The position numbers were made by a program, and so were the translations under genes. The notes below the pieces were generated by a model. The model was not told where the DNA came from, searched no databases, and saw only the letters and a program-made list of their open reading frames with translations. DNA of 32,000 nt from Coprobacillaceae bacterium (GTDB taxonomy: Bacteria > Bacillota_I > Bacilli_A > Erysipelotrichales > Coprobacillaceae), in contig OY776328.1 of the NCBI GenBank assembly GCA_963675515.1, positions 1,500,001 to 1,532,000 on the forward strand. The letters are read 5' to 3'. Positions 16,234-24,848 of this stretch are shown piece by piece (position 1 is the first letter of the stretch; every line of letters starts with the position of its first letter).

Positions 16234-18855
16234 GTGAAGAAAATCAAAAGAATAGTTAAGTTTTTATTTGTCTTATCGTTGCTTTCTGCATTGTTTGTTG
16301 GTGTGAATGCATTACACAACCAAGACGATTATGACTATAACGCCGAGTATTTGTCTGTGTTAGAAGAAAACTCGGATTGCTACTACCTTCAAAGAACCTC
16401 GCGTAATATAAAATTCAGCGTTGCTGTGTCGGATTCTTTGACAGTTCCAGATTATTCCGTGGTTGATTCAAATGGTGATATGGTTTCGACGGGTTTGGAT
16501 AAGGTGACTGACAGTAATTATGATATATGTTCTCCTACAGGAGGGTATATCGTAGGTGAACAATATACTTTGACACTTAGTGAAGGATTATCCCTCACTG
16601 ATGAAAATCTACAAAGAGCCCGAACTCTAATATTCTCTATAGAACGTAGTGCTGTTGCAAAATATGATTTTACTGACAGAGTTATAGAAACTACCGAACC
16701 TATTAAAGAATTTACAGACGATATTATTTCATTTAATGGAGCTACTGCAAAACCTGGAGAAATTGTTTTTGGTGCTAATGATAACGGTGAGTATGTAGCC
16801 TACAAGATATCGGAAATAAGGGATGATGGAACGGCATCAGTAACTGTGCCGGCAATTGACGAAATATATTCAGAACTTGATGTTTATGGTGATTATGACT
16901 TTGATGTCGATGACTTAATTGCCAATGAAAATCTTGAAATCGAAATAGCTGAAAATACAAAAAATAGCAATTTCTATTCTGCATTGATAATGGAAGCTTA
17001 TGCTCTTGGGAAAACAGACAAAGGGGCGGTTGATGTATCTATTACGCGAGATTCAAATACCAATTCACTTGATACTAAAATAAAAATAACATTGAAACCT
17101 GGTCAAGATGGTTTGTTTGGTATGTGCGAGCTTAAGGATCATGAGGTATCAATTACGTATAATAGCTCCCTCAATTTAAAGGTCCAATCAGATATACGAG
17201 GGGTAAGCAAATGGGATGTCGCAGCATCTGTTAAATCTGGATCATCTTTGAATGTAAAGATAACTCGTATTTTGAGAGAAGCTAAAACCGAAGCGGAAAT
17301 TGATGATTTGTTTTCTCCATCTGGTGAGATTCCAAATGTAACTGATTATCAACAGTATGTCAAAAATATTACAAATAAACTTAATAAAATTGCTGAAGAT
17401 GCCAGTGGGGGGGAGTTAAAAATATTTGACTGGAAAATGCCAATTCCTTCTGTTCCTGGTCTATATTATTCAGCTGAAGTAAAATTGTTCATTGATTTAG
17501 AGATGACTGCAAGTATCGACGTTGGAGCAGATTGTATGACATTTTACCGGGTTGGAGTATGTTTTGCAAATAATGAATTCAATACTTATTCAAATTTATA
17601 TAGTGATGGTGTAAAGCTTTCTCTATCTGTACGTGGTGAAGCGGAGAGCAAGACTGGTATTAAGCTCGAAGTTGGAGCAACCCTTATAAATGATAAAGTG
17701 GCTAACATTAGAATTGATCCAGAAGCTGGTGTCTATATGGATATGTATGCAACGGTTCCCATCTATGGAGAACTTGACAATATTTCAAAAAGATGTTTAT
17801 ATGGGTATTTTGAGCCAGGTATCTATTTAGGGGCAGATTTAAATGCTCGATTGAACATTGTCCTTAAAACGGTTAATTATAGTTATGGATTAGCCGAAAA
17901 GAAACTTCCATTTGATAATTGTATCATTGGAGAGAATGAAATTGCTTTGGATATAGAATCAACTGAAGGAAGTATTGCAGCGGTAAATAACGTTGCCAAA
18001 TTGCCAAATATTCTATTTGAATATTATGACGTTAAAGATAACTGCATAAATAATACAAATCTTTCTAATGATGATTTGGAATATACATTGAATGATGGAA
18101 CGGCTCTTGAAGTGTATGATGGGAACGTTGTATTGCCTTCAGGTACTCCATCCGGAAGCAATTATGTTACTGCGAAATATCATCATAGTAATGGAGGCGA
18201 ATATGATACAACTTTTGAGGTTGTTGTTTACGACGGTATAGTGATAAATGATGAGTTAAACAGATTCTTTAGTAATTTTTGTGACCCGTGGCCTACAATA
18301 GATGAATTTAGCGCTGCGAATATTGATATGGACCAATTAATTGAATTTTCTATATTTTACAATTTATTTAACAACAGTGATCAATGTGAGGAGATACAAA
18401 ATTACTATGGTGGCTATTATAGTATTTCAGAAGAATATGTTGAGCAATCCATCAGACGCTTCTTTGATTTAAACAGTGAAGAACATATCAAATTTGTGGA
18501 TTCAATATACGCGTATTCTACAGTAGATAGTGGCATTGGATATGAAAACGGGTATTTTAATTTCCTATGGCCAGATAATGAGATCTTTAATTTTGCGCAT
18601 GTAACTAAACTTTATGATAACGGTGATGGCACTTACACCGTGCTATTTGATGTTTATGGTGCGTATGGATATGACCTTGCAACGGGTAAGACAATTGATT
18701 ACTCAAAAATCAATGTGTACGCTAATAAAAGCGAATGGGATTATAAAATCGGTGATTCAAACTATTTTTGCGATTGTCATTATGAGGCGGATGTAAAACC
18801 TTACTATTATAATGGAATAGAAACATATCAGGTTATAAGCATGAAAAAAAAGTAA
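16234..18855 (+). CDS. Large secreted or anchored protein of unknown function (~873 aa).
   Basis: The likely start is GTG 16234, 7 nt after GGAGG (the ORF-track ATG 16213 has no SD). Signal-peptide-like N-terminus (KKIKRIVKFLFVLSLLSALFVGVNA). The remainder is beta-rich and D/N/Y-rich. Confidence 0.75.
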   Translation: MKKIKRIVKFLFVLSLLSALFVGVNALHNQDDYDYNAEYLSVLEENSDCYYLQRTSRNIKFSVAVSDSLTVPDYSVVDSNGDMVSTGLDKVTDSNYDICSPTGGYIVGEQYTLTLSEGLSLTDENLQRARTLIFSIERSAVAKYDFTDRVIETTEPIKEFTDDIISFNGATAKPGEIVFGANDNGEYVAYKISEIRDDGTASVTVPAIDEIYSELDVYGDYDFDVDDLIANENLEIEIAENTKNSNFYSALIMEAYALGKTDKGAVDVSITRDSNTNSLDTKIKITLKPGQDGLFGMCELKDHEVSITYNSSLNLKVQSDIRGVSKWDVAASVKSGSSLNVKITRILREAKTEAEIDDLFSPSGEIPNVTDYQQYVKNITNKLNKIAEDASGGELKIFDWKMPIPSVPGLYYSAEVKLFIDLEMTASIDVGADCMTFYRVGVCFANNEFNTYSNLYSDGVKLSLSVRGEAESKTGIKLEVGATLINDKVANIRIDPEAGVYMDMYATVPIYGELDNISKRCLYGYFEPGIYLGADLNARLNIVLKTVNYSYGLAEKKLPFDNCIIGENEIALDIESTEGSIAAVNNVAKLPNILFEYYDVKDNCINNTNLSNDDLEYTLNDGTALEVYDGNVVLPSGTPSGSNYVTAKYHHSNGGEYDTTFEVVVYDGIVINDELNRFFSNFCDPWPTIDEFSAANIDMDQLIEFSIFYNLFNNSDQCEEIQNYYGGYYSISEEYVEQSIRRFFDLNSEEHIKFVDSIYAYSTVDSGIGYENGYFNFLWPDNEIFNFAHVTKLYDNGDGTYTVLFDVYGAYGYDLATGKTIDYSKINVYANKSEWDYKIGDSNYFCDCHYEADVKPYYYNGIETYQVISMKKK

Positions 18856-19022
18856 TACAGTGAAGCTCACAGGTATAAATTATTGGTCAAAGTGACAATA
18901 TATATTATTTCCATAATACCATTAACCTTATGCTAAGGGGGCTATTCTAGCATGGTCATCAAAGCAATGGTAACTTAAGGAAAAATGTAACAGTACTAAT
19001 ACCGATCAATAAATGGTGAGAC

Positions 19023-19063
19023 AAAAACAACCCGTCCGGGAATTCCCGGGCGGGTTGTTTTTG
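19023..19063. terminator. Strong bidirectional rho-independent terminator.
   Basis: AAAAACAACCCGTCCGGG-AATT-CCCGGGCGGGTTGTTTTT forms an ~18-bp stem with one G-U pair. It has an A-run on the 5' side and a T-run on the 3' side. Confidence 0.85.
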
Positions 19064-19574
19064 TCGCTAATGTAGTTTAGATGCTACCTGACATCCCTGG
19101 AAAGTTTTTATGTCGAAGTATTTGAATGGCGACTAGACTGTTTATTTGGTTTGGGAATCCTGACATGGGCAGACCATGGGGAGGATTAGACAAATAATTA
19201 ACATCTAACACGTGATGGACAATCATATAGTTAAACTGGCGCAAATATTGGTGATGTTGTTTACCAAGACAAAGAAAAAATGCCGCAAGGTTTTATTTTC
19301 CTGGTGGATAAGCGGAAGCCCCGAGTAAACATATTTATCTAAATGGCAATGTCACGTAAGTTATTTCCGATCCATTTGGATTTGCAGTATTATGCAAAAC
19401 AATTCATGAGACTATTTCATAAAGTAAAAACAAAATTTCATAAATTAAAAATATTCGCTTTTAAGATTTGATTTTGTGGTAGGGTAATTAAGAGCCATTT
19501 CCTAATAGTTAGGAAAAACTGTTAGCGGCCTGTTTTATTATTTTGATGTTATATTGTAATAGGAGTTGATGAAT

Positions 19575-21482
19575 ATGTTAAATGAACGACAGCAACAAAT
19601 AATTGATATTCTTAATAGCGGCAATGACTGGATCAACGGTAGCGATATTGCCAGGCTTCTTAGTGTCTCGAGCCGGACCATCAGGCTAGACATCAATGCG
19701 ATTAATGAATTTTACAATCAGGCTTTGATCAGGTCCGATCGGCGCAAAGGTTATAGTATCGATTTGGAATTGACAAATCTGGTTGCCCCCTGCAGTGACA
19801 ATTGCTTGCCCCAGACTGCCCAACAAAGATGTGTCTATATTATCAAGGAACTCCTTTTTGAAAATGAAGAGTTGAGTCTGATTGCCCTGGAACAGGAGCT
19901 TTTTGTAAGTGAATTTACTTTGAATAACGACCTGAAGCGAATTCGCAAAATTATTGCCTGCTATCCCGAACTCAAACTGGTCCGACATCAAAACAGGATC
20001 AAGCTCCAAGGTGACGAGGGGGTCAAACGCTCCTTATACAAGATGCTTTTGACTCAAGAAACGAACGGTGATTTTATCAATCTCAACTCCATCGCCAGAC
20101 TTTGGAACAATTTCGATCTGATGGAAATAAAAGAGGAACTTGAGAAGGTGCTTGTCCGTAATGACTACCAAATCCCCGACCTCAACTTTCCGATGATCAT
20201 GATTCACGCCGGCATAGCGATTGAACGGATCTACAACCGCAACTATGTAAACGGACATGCTGATTCCAATTTCTTGCGGGATAGCCCGGAGTATCTTGTT
20301 TCCAGTGAATTTTTCCAAAGTGTCGGCGATATTGTAAACATCGAGGTTGTCGAAGATGAAGTGATTTTGTTTGCGATGTTGCTGCTAGGTAAGAAACGGA
20401 GCAATTATCGCGATGATATCGTTGCTTTGCGACTGGATATTTCCTCTCAAGAGTTGGTCGACCGGCTCCTGGATGTCATTGATGAAAAGTTCGGAGTCGA
20501 CTTCAAGTCCGATGAAAACCTGAAGATTGGCTTGGCGATGCATTTGCAATCAATGCTTGAAAGGCAGGAAAAAAATATTCCTGTCACTAATGTCTATCTG
20601 CAGGAAATAAAAAGAAAATATCCCCTGATATTCGAAATGGCGATCAAGACCGGCGAGGTGCTCAACTCATTTTGCCATCAAGAAATAAGCGAGAATGAAT
20701 TCGCTTTTCTGGCATTGCATCTTGGAACGGCATATGATCGGACAAACTCGACAATGAAACACCGGGCTGTGATGATTATCCCCCACAACCAGACCTTGGC
20801 AAAGATGGCAATCGATAAGATCAGGGTCCATTTTGGTGAAAGGCTCCAACTCGTCAATATCTTTGGCTATTTCGAGGAATCGATGGTATGTAAGGAAAAC
20901 CCGGATTTGATCATCACAACAACATCGTTGCAACATAATCTGGCCACTGCGACAATCAAAGTGTCAATGTTCATAAACCATGAAGATGAAAGCCGGATCT
21001 TCCAGGAATTGAACATATTGGACCGCAAGCGATATCATCAGGAGTTTGTCACCTTGATCAAGGAACTGGTCCGGCCGGAACTGTTTTACGTAGTAGACCA
21101 AATCGAAGATGCAAGTACCGTTATCGAGTATCTTTGCGACGGCCTTATCGCAAGCAACCTGGCCGACAGTGCCTACAAGGAAGATGTATTCAAGCGGGAA
21201 GCGATTTCCGCGACATCATTTGTTCATGGCTTTGCGGTGCCCCATGCGATTGAAATCCCGGCAATTCATTCATCGATATCCATCATGTTTATAAAAAATC
21301 CCATCAAGTGGGGCGAATTCGAAGTTCGCCTGGTCATTCTTCTGGCCATCAATGATTCGGACAACCATCTGCTCAAGATATTTTTCGAATGGCTTGGAAG
21401 CATTGTCTCGAACCCGGTCATGATGGCAAAGCTGCTGGATTGTGCCGATTATCAGGAGTTTATCGATTTAGTTACCAACTAG
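19575..21482 (+). CDS. PRD-domain transcriptional activator of the LicR/MtlR type (HTH-PRD-PRD-EIIB-like-EIIA-like).
   Basis: N-terminal HTH (NERQQQIIDILNSGNDWINGSDIARLLSVSSRTIRLDI). PRD histidines (LAMHLQSMLER, LALHLGTAY). C-terminal EIIA(Mtl/Ntr)-like region (GFAVPHAIE). The start is ambiguous among 19566, 19569 and 19575. I chose 19575 because it is 9 nt from AGGAG. Confidence 0.85.
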   Translation: MLNERQQQIIDILNSGNDWINGSDIARLLSVSSRTIRLDINAINEFYNQALIRSDRRKGYSIDLELTNLVAPCSDNCLPQTAQQRCVYIIKELLFENEELSLIALEQELFVSEFTLNNDLKRIRKIIACYPELKLVRHQNRIKLQGDEGVKRSLYKMLLTQETNGDFINLNSIARLWNNFDLMEIKEELEKVLVRNDYQIPDLNFPMIMIHAGIAIERIYNRNYVNGHADSNFLRDSPEYLVSSEFFQSVGDIVNIEVVEDEVILFAMLLLGKKRSNYRDDIVALRLDISSQELVDRLLDVIDEKFGVDFKSDENLKIGLAMHLQSMLERQEKNIPVTNVYLQEIKRKYPLIFEMAIKTGEVLNSFCHQEISENEFAFLALHLGTAYDRTNSTMKHRAVMIIPHNQTLAKMAIDKIRVHFGERLQLVNIFGYFEESMVCKENPDLIITTTSLQHNLATATIKVSMFINHEDESRIFQELNILDRKRYHQEFVTLIKELVRPELFYVVDQIEDASTVIEYLCDGLIASNLADSAYKEDVFKREAISATSFVHGFAVPHAIEIPAIHSSISIMFIKNPIKWGEFEVRLVILLAINDSDNHLLKIFFEWLGSIVSNPVMMAKLLDCADYQEFIDLVTN

Positions 21483-21490
21483 GAGAATAT

Positions 21491-22057
21491 ATGGAAAATA
21501 AAATAAATAAAGCAACATACAAAAATGATCTGGGTGTCATATCGAAACGCTTTGTCGGTTATCTGATTGACTGGTATGTGGGAGCACTGGTTACCGCCTT
21601 GCCACTGGCGGTATTCTCTCAGAAATATTATGGAAACATGTCAAACCAGAACATCCTGCACTTCGACCAGTCGCTTGGAGTCGTTTTGGGAGTTGTCACC
21701 ATTCTGTTTGCCATATTCTATTACATCCTGGTGCCGCTGTTCATATATCCGGGTCAGACTCCGGGTAAAAGAATATGCAAATTGAAAATTGTTTCTAAAA
21801 ACGGTAAGGCGGTTAAACCGATCAACCTGGTAAGCCGCCAGCTGCTGGGGATATTCATTATCGAGGGCTCTTTGTACAGTGTCTCCACCATTTTCCATCA
21901 GTTGCTTTCGATTGTTTTTTCAATGAATTTCGTCACCCCGTTGATGTATGCGGGCATTATCGTATCGCTGGCAAGCGCATTGTTCTTGCTGTTTGGCAAG
22001 AACCAAAGAGCCTTGCACGACCTTGTCGGTCAAACAAGAGTAATATCAAGCAAGTAG
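21491..22057 (+). CDS. RDD-family integral membrane protein.
   Basis: SD AGGAG plus ATG 21491. Motifs KRFVGYLIDWYVG ... GKRICKLKIV ... RALHDLVGQTRV, with 3-4 TM helices. The ORF-track start 21389 overlaps the regulator. Confidence 0.8.
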   Translation: MENKINKATYKNDLGVISKRFVGYLIDWYVGALVTALPLAVFSQKYYGNMSNQNILHFDQSLGVVLGVVTILFAIFYYILVPLFIYPGQTPGKRICKLKIVSKNGKAVKPINLVSRQLLGIFIIEGSLYSVSTIFHQLLSIVFSMNFVTPLMYAGIIVSLASALFLLFGKNQRALHDLVGQTRVISSK

Positions 22058-22071
22058 AAAAGGGAATAACT

Positions 22072-22398
22072 ATGAAATCATTAGAACTAATCAGTTTCAC
22101 AATCATCTCGAAAGTCGGGATGGCCAAATCGAATTACATCGAGGCGATGAAGTACGCCAATCTATGTCAGTTCGATTTAGCCACCCAGAAGATCCAAGAG
22201 GGGGACGAGGAATTCAATGAGGGCCATCTTGCCCATGGAGAATTGATCCAACAGGAAGCATCGGGCGACAATGTCTCGCCGACAATATTGTTGATGCATG
22301 CCGAGGACCAGCTTATGGCTGCCGAAACGATCAAGATCATGGCTTTAGAGATAATCACCATGGCCAAAAAGATCGAGGCCCTTGAAAAAGGTAATTAG
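22072..22398 (+). CDS. PTS lactose/cellobiose-family EIIA component.
   Basis: ~108-aa helical protein with EIIA-Lac/Cel hallmarks (AKSNYIEAMKYA..., LLMHAEDQLMAAE). Confidence 0.9.
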   Translation: MKSLELISFTIISKVGMAKSNYIEAMKYANLCQFDLATQKIQEGDEEFNEGHLAHGELIQQEASGDNVSPTILLMHAEDQLMAAETIKIMALEIITMAKKIEALEKGN

Positions 22399-22436
22399 TG
22401 CCGCAGGTACTTGTTATAGATAATAAGGAGGAAAAG

Positions 22437-22760
22437 ATGAAGAAAGTGTATTTATTTTGCAGCGCCGGGATGTCGACGAGCATGCTTGCAAGCAACATGC
22501 AAGAAATCGCCAACAACCACAAGCTGCCCATTGAAGTCAAGGCATTTTCGCACAACAAGCTTGAACAGATCATCAAGGAGAAACAGCCGGATTGCATTTT
22601 GCTAGGGCCCCAGGTCAAGTACATGTACGATGAGACAATCGAACAATTCGGGTCATACAACATCCCTATTGCGGTGATCGACCAGGCTGCTTATGGCATG
22701 ATGGATGGCGAAAAAGTGTTGAAGCAAGCAATCAAATTAATCAAAGCGAATAAACAGTGA
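22437..22760 (+). CDS. PTS lactose/cellobiose-family EIIB component.
   Basis: MKKVYLFCSAGMSTSMLA carries the active-site Cys motif. SD AAGGAGGAAAAG precedes ATG 22437. Confidence 0.9.
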   Translation: MKKVYLFCSAGMSTSMLASNMQEIANNHKLPIEVKAFSHNKLEQIIKEKQPDCILLGPQVKYMYDETIEQFGSYNIPIAVIDQAAYGMMDGEKVLKQAIKLIKANKQ

Positions 22761-22770
22761 GGGAGAGAAT

Positions 22771-24138
22771 ATGTTTAAAAAACTTGAGAGTGTTTTGATG
22801 CCTTTAGCCGAGGCTATTGGCCGCAATAAGTATTTGGTTTCCATCCGGGACGGGTTTCTGGTTTCAACCCCGTTGCTGATCGCCGGATCGATATTCCTGT
22901 TGATCGGCAACTTCCCGATTCCGGCCTGGACCAACTGGCTGGATTCCGTAATTGTCAACAGCTCCACCGGTGAAACTTTAAGCGCCTTTATTGGCAAGCC
23001 GGCCGATGCTACTTTTAGCATCATGGCAGTATTCGCGGTTGTGGGAATAGCCTATTCCTTTGCCCGGCAAATGAAGACCGACAAGATCTTCGGGGCTGCC
23101 GTGGCGGTCATGTCATGGTTTTTACTGATGCCTTATGTCGTTGAAAAAACGATCAGTGTCAGCAATCAGGATGTGCCGGTAAGTATAAGCGGGATCCCTC
23201 TGGGCTGGGTTGGAGCCAAGGGAATCTTCGTGGGAATCATCGTTTCTTTCATTTCGGTTCACATCTATTCATGGGTCGAGAAAAAAGGATGGACCATCAA
23301 GATGCCTGCCGGAGTGCCACCTACAGTAGTCCAATCATTCGCGGCTTTGATTCCAGTAACGATCGTCATGTCCATTTTCTTTGGAATCAACTTGCTGTTC
23401 GGTTTTTTGGGAACAAATGTTTTCCATATCATTTTTGAATTCCTGCAAACGCCATTGCTTAATTTGGGGGATACCTTGGGAGCTATGGTCACTGCCTATA
23501 TTTTCCTGCATCTGTTCTGGTTTTTCGGGATCAACGGCGGATCGGTGGTCGGTGCGGTATTCAATCCGATCCTGCAGACTCTTTCGATTGAGAATCTTGA
23601 ATTTTTCAAAACCGGTATCGGTGAAGGGCATATAATCTGCCAACAATTCCAGGATCTGTTCGCCACATTCGGTGGTGCCGGGTCGACGTTGTCTTTGATT
23701 GTCGCCATGCTTTTTTTCTGCAAATCCAAACGGATCACCGAACTTGGCAAGCTTGCTTTGATTCCGGGAATCTTCGGGATCAATGAGCCTATCGTCTTCG
23801 GTCTGCCGATTGTTTTGAATCCGACAATGCTTATCCCGTTCATGCTGGTTCCCACAATGAACATCGTGATTTCCTATCTGGCCATGGCGGCCAAACTGGT
23901 GCCGATCTGCAATGGAATCCAGATTCCTTGGACTACTCCGATAATCATTTCGGGATTCCTGGCGACAAACTGGGTCGGTTCGCTGCTTCAGGCTGCGCTT
24001 CTGGTTCTGGGGGTATTCGTCTACATGCCTTTTATCAAGATCATGGACAAACAATATCTCAACGATGAAGAAAATGCCAAAGATAAAGGCGATGATGATG
24101 ACTTCTCGCTTGATGACCTGTCATTCGATGATTTATAG
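22771..24138 (+). CDS. PTS lactose/cellobiose/chitobiose-family EIIC permease.
   Basis: 455-aa polytopic protein with EIIC-Cel-like features (...AIGRNKYLVSIRDGF..., GINEPIVFGLPIVLNP) and an acidic C-terminal tail. Confidence 0.9.
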   Translation: MFKKLESVLMPLAEAIGRNKYLVSIRDGFLVSTPLLIAGSIFLLIGNFPIPAWTNWLDSVIVNSSTGETLSAFIGKPADATFSIMAVFAVVGIAYSFARQMKTDKIFGAAVAVMSWFLLMPYVVEKTISVSNQDVPVSISGIPLGWVGAKGIFVGIIVSFISVHIYSWVEKKGWTIKMPAGVPPTVVQSFAALIPVTIVMSIFFGINLLFGFLGTNVFHIIFEFLQTPLLNLGDTLGAMVTAYIFLHLFWFFGINGGSVVGAVFNPILQTLSIENLEFFKTGIGEGHIICQQFQDLFATFGGAGSTLSLIVAMLFFCKSKRITELGKLALIPGIFGINEPIVFGLPIVLNPTMLIPFMLVPTMNIVISYLAMAAKLVPICNGIQIPWTTPIIISGFLATNWVGSLLQAALLVLGVFVYMPFIKIMDKQYLNDEENAKDKGDDDDFSLDDLSFDDL

Positions 24139-24167
24139 GATTGTTTTGTAAAGTAAGGAGCTAACTC

Positions 24168-24692
24168 ATGAAAATTGTAATGATATATGACCAGATTCAA
24201 GCCGGAGCCGGCACCAAAGATGACAAGATGGTAGGCCTGAAGGCAACCAGGGATGTGATCGGACCGGCGGTGATGATGGAACCTTATTTAAAGCAGATAG
24301 ACGGCCAGGTAATTGCCTGCCTTTACTGCGGCGATGGGTACTTTCGGGCAAATGAGGCTCTGGTCGTTTCCAAATTCACTGCCATGATTGCCAAATTGCA
24401 GCCCGACCTGGTTATCTGTGGCCCCTCTTATAACTATTCAGGCTACAGCGAAATGGCGGTGAAAACGGCCGCTGCGATAAAAAGAGATCTCGATGTCCCG
24501 GTAATCTGTGCCATGGCAAAGGACAACAGCGAATTGATCGGTGTCTACAAGAGCAAGGTTCCAATTGTCAAAACCCCTAAAAAAGGCGGGGTTGGATTGA
24601 TGGAATCATTGCAAGGGATATCGCTTGTGGCAGATGCGCTGGTCAATCATCAGGATTCAAATGAGGTCTGCTCAAAATATTGTTTCAACTAA
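24168..24692 (+). CDS. Stand-alone protein resembling the N-terminal domain of GrdB/PrdB (glycine/sarcosine/betaine/D-proline reductase B family). It has no selenocysteine region.
   Basis: The pattern MKIVMIYDQIQAGAGTKDD...VIGPAVMM...CGDGYF..N...PDLVICGPSYNYSGYSEMAVKTAAAI...VPVI parallels my recollection of the GrdB N-terminus (VHYINQFF..IGGE...VGPGMAL...CGD.FF.EN...PDL..AGPAFNAGRYG.ACG.VA). Confidence 0.7.
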   Translation: MKIVMIYDQIQAGAGTKDDKMVGLKATRDVIGPAVMMEPYLKQIDGQVIACLYCGDGYFRANEALVVSKFTAMIAKLQPDLVICGPSYNYSGYSEMAVKTAAAIKRDLDVPVICAMAKDNSELIGVYKSKVPIVKTPKKGGVGLMESLQGISLVADALVNHQDSNEVCSKYCFN

Positions 24693-24694
24693 AA

Positions 24695-24720
24695 AAGGGG
24701 ATGCCAAAAGCATCCCTTTA
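24695..24720 (+). terminator. Candidate rho-independent terminator/attenuator between the transporter and hydrolase halves of the locus.
   Basis: AAGGGGATGC-CAAAA-GCATCCCTTT gives 7 G/C-rich bp, extended by A-T and G-U pairs, followed by a short TTTAT. A 156-nt gap to the next gene contains a possible promoter: TTGATA (24801), 18 nt, CATATT (24825). Confidence 0.5.
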
Positions 24721-24848
24721 TCTCGGGGAGGCAAGAGTAAACCTTCATTCAAACAAGTCCATTATCATAAAAAAGGGTACTGATGCAATTCTTCATCGAA
24801 TTGATATTCGACAAGGATCACAAACATATTATACGAGGAGGTAAATTT

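Noticed and set aside
19081-19290. Minus-strand open frame (...MIVHHVLDVNYLSNPPHGLPMSGFPNQINSLVAIQILRHKNFPGMSGSI*) and the CCTGACAT repeat (19087 and 19160) in the spacer after the terminator.
   Set aside because: It is short (49 aa from its Met), has no SD and no family resemblance. It would be transcribed into the bidirectional terminator straight away. The 8-mer repeat occurs only twice with no phasing logic.
23335-24054. 239-aa minus-strand ORF, plus other long antisense ORFs (for example 4149..4625, 23496..23864, 24892..25347, 25958..26284, 28241..28573).
   Set aside because: Each lies fully inside and antisense to a gene with clear family motifs (PTS EIIC, EIIAB, asparaginase, M20, YitT). 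Their translations are R/H/P/S-rich with low complexity, which is typical of antisense frames, and they have no SD.
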